Assembly (NCBI GenBank): GCA_038890745.1
Contig: JAWAFD010000003.1
Location: 12,442-76,441, forward strand
DNA from: Candidatus Anstonellales archaeon
GTDB lineage: Archaea > Micrarchaeota > Micrarchaeia > Anstonellales > J096
Length of the DNA: 64,000 nt
Reading direction: 5' to 3'
The notes beneath the pieces were generated by a model that was not told where the DNA came from, did not search any database, and worked only from the letters and a program-made list of their open reading frames with translations. The translations under genes and the position numbers were made by a program. Positions 1-8,159 of the stretch are shown here, piece after piece (the stretch's first letter is position 1; each line of letters opens with the position of its first letter).

Positions 1-1
1 T

Positions 2-121
2 AAAACAATGGGTATCACGATGAGGCGGGACAAGGATACAGGCCGACCCAGGATAAATAAGCCGGAAAGTGTTCTTGACAGAGAACAGAAACAGAATAAC
101 GCTTATTTCTACTCTGAATAA
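2..121 (+). CDS. 3' end of a gene truncated by the window edge (hypothetical)
   Basis: Open frame [10 protein letters not shown]...AYFYSE ending at TAA 119-121. Confidence 0.5.
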   Translation, partial: KTMGITMRRDKDTGRPRINKPESVLDREQKQNNAYFYSE

Positions 122-175
122 AAAAATTGCAAAAACACCGCACCATTTTTAAATTTTGTTTTAAATTATAATCGC

Positions 176-487
176 ATGGATCAAACAAGACAAAAAATTA
201 AAATAGCGACGCTTGCTCTCGCGCTCATACTTTTAGTTGGCACACTATTCTATCATTTTTACGAAGGGTTTACATGGGTGGATGCATTCTATCTTACTGC
301 AATGACAATAACAACAGTTGGGTATGGAGATATCCACCCCACGCATGACCTGAGCAAGATTTTCACAGTGTTTCTTGCATTCTCAGGCATAGGTCTTGTT
401 TTCTATTACTTAACCCTCAGCGCAAACTACTATTTAGAAATTGTAGAAAAGAGGTTTGGGATCAGAAAAGGAGAAATCAGAAAGTAG
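176..487 (+). CDS. Two-TM potassium channel pore protein (KcsA-like, no RCK domain)
   Basis: TTVGYGD selectivity filter between two hydrophobic helices. Confidence 0.9.
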   Translation: MDQTRQKIKIATLALALILLVGTLFYHFYEGFTWVDAFYLTAMTITTVGYGDIHPTHDLSKIFTVFLAFSGIGLVFYYLTLSANYYLEIVEKRFGIRKGEIRK

Positions 488-488
488 T

Positions 489-1055
489 TTAAACCGAATT
501 TTCTGTTTGATTAAACTGAATTGTGAAAACCTCTGTCTCTCCGGTTTCGTTCACAATTACTTTATAATAGTAAGGGGCATTTCCGAGCCATGTTACCTCC
601 CACCCTCCTTGAATTCTGCTCACCGCAGGCTCTGCCCCAAAAGAATCAATAAATCCTTCCACTATCGGATTTTCCCTCCAGCTTTTTATTATCGCTTCCT
701 CTTCAAAAGCTATGGGCAGGTCATGCACCTCACAGTTTTTCGTAATATGCTCAGGTGGTTGTGGCTCAAACCCCTGCTTTGGGTAAAGATAGTAAAGATG
801 GATCCTTCTTGGGCATTTTGTATAGTAATCAAAAGTAACCCTTGCAACTATTTCGTAATAATTTTCCTTCTCTCTTGTTTCTACAATGCTTATCTTATCA
901 GCATTTGAGTATTTAGCTTTTAAATCCTGCAAAACAAAGTTTTCTGCATCCACCTTTTCCACTTTTGGCTGCGTGGGCTGCAGGAAAACTATATAAAGAA
1001 CAAGCAGAGAGAGGATTATAACCGACCCGAACTTTATGATCTCTTCGATTTCCAT
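489..1055 (-). CDS. Membrane-anchored hypothetical protein
   Basis: N-terminal TM helix; ATG 1055 chosen because TTTAAA (1081-1086) lies ~26 nt upstream. Confidence 0.7.
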   Translation of the reverse strand: MEIEEIIKFGSVIILSLLVLYIVFLQPTQPKVEKVDAENFVLQDLKAKYSNADKISIVETREKENYYEIVARVTFDYYTKCPRRIHLYYLYPKQGFEPQPPEHITKNCEVHDLPIAFEEEAIIKSWRENPIVEGFIDSFGAEPAVSRIQGGWEVTWLGNAPYYYKVIVNETGETEVFTIQFNQTENSV

Positions 1056-1156
1056 ATGGTTTTCTTTCTCGGAAGAAAGGTTTAAAAACACTTCTCGGAA
1101 AAAATATACCTTGCTCAAATATACTACATGGATATTCGTATTTCACGAATATGACA

Positions 1157-1200
1157 CAGGCTTCAAGGGTTTTCAAGAGAAGGTTTCCTGTCAATTCCTT
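1157..1200 (+). other. 5' arm of the pre-16S processing stem
   Basis: CAGGCTTCAAGG, AGAGAAGG and TTCCTT pair with CCTTGAAGCCTG, CCTTCTCT and AAGGAA at 3997-4041. Confidence 0.8.
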
Positions 1201-1552
1201 AATGGTTAATGCAGCGGACAACTGAATTCCAGTTGATCCTGCTGGAGGGTACTGCTATCGGAATCCGACTAAGGCATGCAAGTCTACGCCTGCACTTGTA
1301 GGCGTGGCAGACGGCTGAGTAACACGTGGTCAACCTCCCCTGAAGACCGGAACAACCTCGGGAAACTGAGGCTAATTCCGGATATGCCATCACTGCTGGA
1401 ACGCTTGATGGTTGAAAAGGAGGGCGAATTGGAGCCTTTCCGCTTCAGGACGGGACCGCGGGGGATTAGGTTGTTGGCGGGGTAACGGCCCACCAAGCCG
1501 ATAATCCCTAGGGGCCATGGGAGTGGGAGCCCCCAGAGGGACACTGAGACAA

Positions 1553-1597
1553 ACGCTGTTTGTTCAGGTTTTTCGGAAGGGACAAACAGCGGTCCAA
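1553..1597 (+). other. 16S intron 1, 45-nt hairpin BHB intron (after ~E. coli 330)
   Basis: Removal restores GAGACAAGGGTCCC; stem CGCTGTTTGT/ACAAACAGCG; helix AGAC/GTCC (3 of 4 pairs); bulges AA|A and AA|G. Confidence 0.88.
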
Positions 1598-2157
1598 GGG
1601 TCCCAGCCCTACGGGGTGCAGCAGCCGCGAAACCTCCGCAATGCGCGCAAGCGTGACGGGGGGATTCCGAGTGGTGTTGGCTCTTGCTAACACCTTTTGC
1701 CAAGTGTACAAACACCTGTTCGGTGGTGTAAAGCTTGGCGAATAAGGGTGTGGGCAAGACCGGTGGCAGCCGCCGCGGTAACACCGGCGCCTCAAGTGGT
1801 ACCCACGAATATTGGGTCTAAAGCGCCCGTAGCCGGCCGTGCAAGTCCACTGTGAAATGTTGGGGCTTAACTCCAACGCGTGCAGTGGATACTGCATGGC
1901 TTGGGAGCGGGGGAGGGTAGAGGTACGCCCGGGGTAGCGGTAAAATGCGTTGAGCCTGGGCGGACCCCCAGTGGCGAAGGCGTCTACCCAAAACGCGTCC
2001 GACGGTGAGGGGCGAAAGCTGGGGGAGCGAAGGGGATTAGATACCCCCGTAGTCCCAGCTGTAAATGATGCCAACTAGATGCGACTGCATCTTTGAGATG
2101 CAGTAGCGTCGTAGCGAAGGCGTTAAGTTGGCCACCTGGGGAGTACGATCGCAAGAT

Positions 2158-2200
<43 letters not shown>

Positions 2201-2201
2201 T

Positions 2202-2571
2202 TAACCATAAGGAATATAAACACAACCGACTACAACCATTCATGCCATCTATAAGCGGTGATGAAGAATCCTTCAAGAAACATTTCCGTATTTTGGCGGA
2301 AGAGAGCAACGGATTTAGAAAGTTAAACGCTAAACTACGTTGTAAATAAAAGGATTGTTATTGAATGCACACAGGCTACAAATAAAATAAAATAAAAGCA
2401 GAGTCTTTGGGTTTCCGTATATCCAAACTAAAAAAAGTTAATCCTAGGATTATCGCAATAGCTGTTATTCCTAGAGGGGTAAATAAGGGATTTTTGCGTC
2501 GGCTTGAGGATTTTGATCACATCGTTTTTGATGATGAGTTGAGTCGGTTGGAATTCCTTCTGGTTCCACAG
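2202..2571 (+). other. 16S intron 2, 370-nt BHB intron (after ~E. coli 947)
   Basis: Helix GTGG/CCAC, bulges AT|T and AG|G, terminal stem AACCA..AAGGAAT/ATTCCTT..TGGTT; removal restores GGGGTGGATGCTACGGTTCAA. Confidence 0.93.
2242..2565 (+). pseudogene. Decayed PD-(D/E)xK-type nuclease ORF inside intron 2
   Basis: Two frameshifts (~2332; extra TAAAA ~2390). Reconstructed SFKKHFRIL..NYVVNKRIVIECTQ..KAESLGFRISKLKKVNPRIIAIAVI resembles the C-terminal half of ORF 2917-3657. Confidence 0.7.
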
Positions 2572-2709
2572 GCTACGGTTCAATCGGATACAACGCCGAA
2601 CATCTCACCAGAGGCGACGGCAGAATGAAGGTCAGGCTAAAGACCTTGCCCGACAAGCCGAGAGGTGTTGCATGGCCATCGTCAGCTCGTGGTGTGAACT
2701 GTCCGGTTA

Positions 2710-2754
2710 ACGCTGTTTGTTCAGGTTTTTCGGAGAGGACAAACAGCGGTCGAA
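2710..2754 (+). other. 16S intron 3, 45-nt hairpin BHB intron (E. coli 1092/1093)
   Basis: Removal restores CCGGTTAAGTCCGGCAACGAGCG; helix CGGT/GTCG, bulges TA|A and AA|A; 42/45 identical to intron 1. Confidence 0.92.
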
Positions 2755-2866
2755 AGTCCGGCAACGAGCGAGACCCATGCCCTTAGTTGCTAACTCTATC
2801 TCCGGATAGGGTGCACTCTAAGGGGACTGCCCGCGTTAAGTGGGAGGAAGGAGTGGGCGACGGTAG

Positions 2867-3662
2867 ATAGATGGCCTGGTCCGTAATCTTTTAAACACTA
2901 GCTCCGTAAATTTAATATGCCAAAAATGAAAATAACAAAAAGAGAGCTGCTTAATTTACTAGAAAAAGTTCATAACATAACCGAAGAAGATCTATCTAAT
3001 AATCCCAAGTACCTGCTTTTGCTACGATTGAATCTTGGTATGTCTCAAAATGAATTCGAGAAGTTTCTAGGAATAAGTAAAAATTCATACAAATATGAGA
3101 CAGGAAAAATAAAACGCATGAGTAAAAGGACAGCAAAAAAATTTTTGGCAAGACTCCCAAACAGCATAGATAGGAAGAAAGTTATAAAGAGCTATAAACA
3201 CTTCAAAGCAGAATCTAAAGGTTGGATGATGGTGCATTCTGATTCAGAGCAGGCGCTGAGAGGAAGACAAAAAGGGGCAATCAATTCGATGAAAAAACGT
3301 TGTACTATTCAAGAAAAAGAAATAACAAATTATCTCTTAAAAAAAGCAGTCCCTTTCAAAAGAAACTACGCACTAAACAATAGATGCGTTGTAGATTTCA
3401 TAATTGAACATGCAAATGTTATAATCGAATGTAAGCGACTATCTACGCAAAATAGGCGGGAGCAAACGAAGAAAATACGCGAACTCGCATATCAAGGATA
3501 CAAAGCTAAGTTTCTTAATCCAAAATTTGCCTTGATTGCACTAATTGAAACACAACTACCTTTAACAGCTGCTGATTATGAAGAATTGATGGGTCCATTC
3601 AATAAAGTATTTAATCGGATGGACGAACTATTTTCTTTTTTGGACCAGACCATTTAACCGCA
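2867..3662 (+). mobile_element. 16S intron 4, 796-nt BHB intron with an intact ORF (after ~E. coli 1197)
   Basis: Helix CGGT/ACCG, bulges AG|A and CA|G, stem TAGATGG..CTGGTCC/GGACCAG..CCATTTA; removal restores GACGGTAGGTCCGTATG. Confidence 0.94.
2917..3657 (+). CDS. Intron-encoded XRE-type HTH + PD-(D/E)xK nuclease (putative homing endonuclease)
   Basis: LRLNLGMSQNEFEKFLGISKNSYKYETG (HTH); TIQEKEI..VVDFII..VIIECK (catalytic motif); no LAGLIDADG; TTTTAAA ~25 nt upstream of the ATG. Confidence 0.75.
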   Translation: MPKMKITKRELLNLLEKVHNITEEDLSNNPKYLLLLRLNLGMSQNEFEKFLGISKNSYKYETGKIKRMSKRTAKKFLARLPNSIDRKKVIKSYKHFKAESKGWMMVHSDSEQALRGRQKGAINSMKKRCTIQEKEITNYLLKKAVPFKRNYALNNRCVVDFIIEHANVIIECKRLSTQNRREQTKKIRELAYQGYKAKFLNPKFALIALIETQLPLTAADYEELMGPFNKVFNRMDELFSFLDQTI

Positions 3663-3770
3663 GTCCGTATGGCCCGAATCCTCTGGGCTACACGCGGCAT
3701 ACAATGGGCGGCACAACGGGTTGCCACTCCGAAAGGAGGAGCTAATCCCTGAAAACCGTCCCTTAGTTCA

Positions 3771-3809
<39 letters not shown>

Positions 3810-3843
3810 CTAGTAATCGCGGGTCACTATCCCGCGGTGAATG

Positions 3844-3875
<32 letters not shown>

Positions 3876-4064
3876 GTCACCCAAGTGTGGTTTCGGTGAG
3901 GCCCTCCTTTTTGGGAGGCTCGAACCGGGGCTACGCGAGGGGGGCTAAGTCGTAACAAGGTATCCGTAGGGGAACCTGCGGATAGATCACCTCCAAAAAG
4001 GAAATGCAAGGGGCCCTTCTCTGAATAAACCTTGAAGCCTGCCAAAATTTCTTTTTTTATATTC

Positions 4065-4967
4065 TTATGGATACTCAGGACATTTTGGGCAAGTAGTGCA
4101 ATTCTGCGTGCATTCATAATATTCTAGATGCATGCAGCAGCATGTTTGTTTATTCCCACCAAAACTATACTCCCTTTGCAGAACATATAAACACGGAACT
4201 TCGCATTCTTTTTCTTTCACACTTTTATTTGCTTTTTGTATGCACTCCTCATCCTTTAGGTTTGTTCCAACATGTTTTTCATAAGGTGATCTTGCGCATT
4301 CCCATTCGCAGTTCACTGGTGTTGTGTCGCATTCATTCCCCTTCCCATCCCTATCTCCATCAGCTTGCTTTGGGTTGCTTATGTCTGGGCAGTTATCTAC
4401 ATCTCCGCATACCCCATCCCCATCCTTATCATTTTCTTTATCCAATGGACAGATATCGCATTCGTCCCCCAACCCATCCTTATCCATATCGCTCTGGTTT
4501 GAATTAGAAACATTCACGCAATTATCTTCCTCATCCCCCACCCCATCCTCATCCATGTCTCCGCAAACCTGCCCCTCATTCTCGCATCCAGAATAATTCT
4601 TTCCTTCTCCAAGAACAATCGTGCATCTTAGGTTTTTGCATTCAAAATGCGTTTTCCCGCACCAATCAAACTCCTGCTTGCATGTCCCATTCTCACCCTC
4701 CCCCTCCACAATCGTGCATCTGTTCTGTATGCATTCAAAATGGTATTTTTTTGGAGGTGGGGGTTGGCATGGTTTTCCTGGCATTGTGCAGTTCTCAAAA
4801 TTCTCCCCCGGTCCGCTCACAACTGTGCATTTTTGCTCTATGCATTCATAGTGATAGACAGGATAGGTAATATTTCCTGTTTCCTCCCCATTGTTCTTTC
4901 CATTTCCGTTCTCCACGCATCCGCTGAAAAAAATAAAAACAAAAATCACAAGTAAAATTCTTCTCAT
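4065..4967 (-). CDS. Cys-rich surface lipoprotein with thrombospondin type-3 repeats
   Basis: Signal/lipobox FFSGC; DxDxDGVGD..DNC repeats; three HxEC....CT.V.G.G.N repeats. Confidence 0.8.
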   Translation of the reverse strand: MRRILLVIFVFIFFSGCVENGNGKNNGEETGNITYPVYHYECIEQKCTVVSGPGENFENCTMPGKPCQPPPPKKYHFECIQNRCTIVEGEGENGTCKQEFDWCGKTHFECKNLRCTIVLGEGKNYSGCENEGQVCGDMDEDGVGDEEDNCVNVSNSNQSDMDKDGLGDECDICPLDKENDKDGDGVCGDVDNCPDISNPKQADGDRDGKGNECDTTPVNCEWECARSPYEKHVGTNLKDEECIQKANKSVKEKECEVPCLYVLQREYSFGGNKQTCCCMHLEYYECTQNCTTCPKCPEYP

Positions 4968-5881
4968 ACTCCATCAAACCTTTCGACACATATTCTTCTT
5001 TCGTACTCTTTAACCCTTTCTAATATTTTTTTCTCATCCGGTATTCCATGATAGGCTGGCATTTCCACGCAGAAAGAGCTCGCTACGGTCGCAAACATAC
5101 CGGCTTCTTTAATGCTGTTGGATTCTGCAAACATTATGGCAAAAACAATGGAAAAAACATCCCCAGCGCCCGTCTCATCAACATTCTTTGTTGCAAAAGC
5201 AGGAAAGAAAATAGTTTCCCCTTTCTCTCTCCAATACACCATGCTTCCCTTCCTTCCGTAGGTAAGCTCTACGATGCTTGGTCCTGAGTTTGCTATTTTT
5301 TTCAAACCTTTTATATGCTCAAAAATCCCATCAACCTTAACTACACTTCCTTCCAGTCCACTCAATACATATTCTAGTTCTATATCTGAGATTTTCAGAA
5401 GGTCTACGTTCCTTAATATCTCTTTTGCATTTTTCATAGGCTTGTGCTCTATCCTCTTACCAATGACAGCATGCCTTACAAACCCTTGAACATCCAAAGA
5501 AACTATTTTGGATTTTTTTCTTCCTTCCTTTATTGCATCCATGCTTACCTGATTTTCAAAAAGAGGGTTGAAGTGGATCAACTCTGATTCAATCCCAACT
5601 TTTTCTATTCTGCTGCTTAGGGATACTGGTATCTGAATCCTTTTTTCATCCTTATACATTGTCTTTAGTTTTGTGGTTCTGTCCTCCTTGCCTATAACCT
5701 TCACCCCATTCTTTTCCATTATGGTACTCCATTTCATCAAGTCTTCTTTCCCTGCCTTTGTTATGGCTACTACTTTTTTGTTTAATCTTGCTCCTGCTAT
5801 GCAATTGTAAGTAATTCCTCCAAACCTCTCCTCCTTTCCAAAAATATCCTTACAGACCCCTCCGACTACCGCCACCCTCAT
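4964..5881 (-). CDS. PfkB-family sugar/nucleoside kinase
   Basis: VDETGAGDVF signature. Confidence 0.9.
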   Translation of the reverse strand: MRVAVVGGVCKDIFGKEERFGGITYNCIAGARLNKKVVAITKAGKEDLMKWSTIMEKNGVKVIGKEDRTTKLKTMYKDEKRIQIPVSLSSRIEKVGIESELIHFNPLFENQVSMDAIKEGRKKSKIVSLDVQGFVRHAVIGKRIEHKPMKNAKEILRNVDLLKISDIELEYVLSGLEGSVVKVDGIFEHIKGLKKIANSGPSIVELTYGRKGSMVYWREKGETIFFPAFATKNVDETGAGDVFSIVFAIMFAESNSIKEAGMFATVASSFCVEMPAYHGIPDEKKILERVKEYERRICVERFDGV

Positions 5882-5883
5882 TT

Positions 5884-7311
5884 CTATCCCTTAACAACAG
5901 CTATTGGCCTGAGTTTTGCAACAATATTACTTATCCCTGCCAGTTGTACGGCATTCACAACATCATCAATATCCTTATACGCATCCGGTGCTTCTTCTGC
6001 AGCAACGCTCAATGTTGCTGGCTTAACTATTATTCCTCTCTCCCCAAGCTCCCTTACTATCTGCTCCCCTCTGTGCCTTCTTATTGCCTCGTGCCTGCTC
6101 ATCACCCTTCCTGCTCCATGGCATGTTGAACCAAAGCATACTTTCAGTCCTTTTGGGTTTCCAACAAGAACATAGCTTGCGGTTCCCATGCTCCCAGGAA
6201 TGATTACTGGCTGCCCAATACCCATATACTTTTTTGGCAGTTCTTTTCTTCCTGCTGGGAACGCTCTCGTTGCCCCTTTTCTATGCACGACCAGATTCAT
6301 CTTTTTTCCATCAACTTCGTGCTCCTCGAATTTTGCGATGTTGTGCGCAACATCATACACCAATTTCATGCTATCCATTACATTCGAACCATAAACCTTT
6401 CCAAAACTCTCCCTCACCCAGTGCATAATCATCTGTCTGTTTGTGAATGCAAAATTCACAGCACATTTCATAGCCTTTATGTAATCCTCCCCTTCCCTGC
6501 TCTTTACTGGTGCATACGCAAGCTCTGGGTCTGCCAATCTGATGTTGTTTTTTCTTGCCCATCCCATCACAACATTTATGTAATCGCTCGCAACCTGATG
6601 CCCAAAACCCCTAGAACCAGTATGGATCATTACAACGATCTGCCCTTCGTATAAACCAAACGCTTTTGCAACCTCTGGAAGATGGATCTTTTCAACATAC
6701 TGAATTTCTAAGAAATGGTTTCCTGCACCCAATGTTCCAAGCTGCGGCTTCCCCCTCTTTATTGCAACCTTACTAATTTTGGATGGGTCTGCTCCCTCCA
6801 TCCTTCCATACTCCTCTATACTTTCTCTATCCTCTTCCCATCCATAATTGTTTTCAATCGCCCATTCTACCCCCCTTGTCAAAACCTCTCTTAACTCTTC
6901 TTCGCTAAGCCTTACCTTCCCCTCGCTTCCTACTCCGCTGGGAACATTCGTAAAAAGTGCCTGAACAATCTCCTTTATTTTTGGTTTCACATCCTTTTGT
7001 TCCATGTTTGTTAGAAGCAATCTTACACCGCAGTTAATATCATACCCTACCCCTCCTGGAGAAACTATTCCATCCTCTGCTGGGAACGCAGCCACGCCAC
7101 CTATTGGAAACCCATACCCTTCATGCCCATCCGGCATGAGTAAGGCATGCTTCACTATTCCGGGCAATCCTGCTACATTCTTTAATTGCCATATCGTCCT
7201 ATCCTTTTTCATCTGCTCCAGCATTTTTTCTGTTGCAAAGATTATCCCTGGGACCCTCATCCCCTCTTCTTTAAACTCCCATGTAGCCTTTCCAATCTCC
7301 TTAAATTCCAT
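5884..7311 (-). CDS. rtcB: RNA-splicing ligase RtcB
   Basis: MPDGHEGYGFPIGG, GYDINCGVR, GNHFLE, HTGSRG, HRKGAT, HGAGR. Confidence 0.97.
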   Translation of the reverse strand: MEFKEIGKATWEFKEEGMRVPGIIFATEKMLEQMKKDRTIWQLKNVAGLPGIVKHALLMPDGHEGYGFPIGGVAAFPAEDGIVSPGGVGYDINCGVRLLLTNMEQKDVKPKIKEIVQALFTNVPSGVGSEGKVRLSEEELREVLTRGVEWAIENNYGWEEDRESIEEYGRMEGADPSKISKVAIKRGKPQLGTLGAGNHFLEIQYVEKIHLPEVAKAFGLYEGQIVVMIHTGSRGFGHQVASDYINVVMGWARKNNIRLADPELAYAPVKSREGEDYIKAMKCAVNFAFTNRQMIMHWVRESFGKVYGSNVMDSMKLVYDVAHNIAKFEEHEVDGKKMNLVVHRKGATRAFPAGRKELPKKYMGIGQPVIIPGSMGTASYVLVGNPKGLKVCFGSTCHGAGRVMSRHEAIRRHRGEQIVRELGERGIIVKPATLSVAAEEAPDAYKDIDDVVNAVQLAGISNIVAKLRPIAVVKG

Positions 7312-7322
7312 ACTCTCCCTCC

Positions 7323-8114
7323 TTAAAATTGTATAAAGTCTTTGCTCGCTGAGAGCAGAAGAACAGCAAACATGAGGAAGAAGATTCCTGAGGTTAGGCA
7401 GTTTGCTGTTTTTAAAGCTGAGAATATGTTTTCCATTTCTGTACCCATGTTCTGAATGCTCGCTTCCATATCCTCCAAATCCTTCTTAACTTTGTTGAAA
7501 TTCTGCTGAACGCTTTTCATATCGCTCACAGCTTTGTCCAAGCTTGATTTTGTGGTTTGGAGTTCGTTCGCAGCACTCATGATCTCATCCGCGCTTTTCT
7601 CTAGCCCTTCCCCTTCCTTTTTGAATGAGATCACCCCTCCAAAATCAAGCATTTTTATTTTGCTTCCAAAACTTTTTATCTCCTCTCCAGAGTTTTTTAT
7701 TCCTTCGCTTGTTTGGTCTATGCTCGAGCTAAAGCTTGCGCTTCCATTCTCAATATTCGCAATCGCGCTGTTCATCTTTTCCAGCCCGCTTTTCAGGTCA
7801 CTCACGCTAGTCTTTACAGTTTCAATCCTGCTCATCGCCATAGTTTTTCCTTGGTCTATCGCTCCATCTACAATGAAATACAAAGCTATTGAGGCCAAAA
7901 GCCCAAACACCGCAAAGGATAGAAGGACTATGTTTATTGTAAGCTTCACCACCGGAGCCCCTTTTTCATCCTCTTTCCTCTCGATTTTTTCTACCTTTTC
8001 CTGCTCTTTTTTCGGCTCCTCTTTCCTTTCCGCTTTTTTCTCTAACCTCACGCCCGCTTTTTTCTCGAATATGTCGCTTGCTATTATGTGCTCCTCTTCC
8101 CTATGCTCACCCAT
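7323..8114 (-). CDS. Membrane protein with a long coiled-coil
   Basis: Two TM segments flanking a heptad-rich region. Confidence 0.7.
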   Translation of the reverse strand: MGEHREEEHIIASDIFEKKAGVRLEKKAERKEEPKKEQEKVEKIERKEDEKGAPVVKLTINIVLLSFAVFGLLASIALYFIVDGAIDQGKTMAMSRIETVKTSVSDLKSGLEKMNSAIANIENGSASFSSSIDQTSEGIKNSGEEIKSFGSKIKMLDFGGVISFKKEGEGLEKSADEIMSAANELQTTKSSLDKAVSDMKSVQQNFNKVKKDLEDMEASIQNMGTEMENIFSALKTANCLTSGIFFLMFAVLLLSASKDFIQF

Positions 8115-8159
8115 AAACTGTGTATTGAGAAAAAAGGTTTAAATAGGTTCCCTGGCTGC

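Noticed and set aside
1417..1442. Extended hairpin in the 16S 5' domain as another intron
   Set aside because: Variable helix region; no BHB geometry found.
2202..3662. Group I/II identity for the large introns
   Set aside because: No room for a ribozyme core outside the ORFs, and the junctions form precise BHB motifs.
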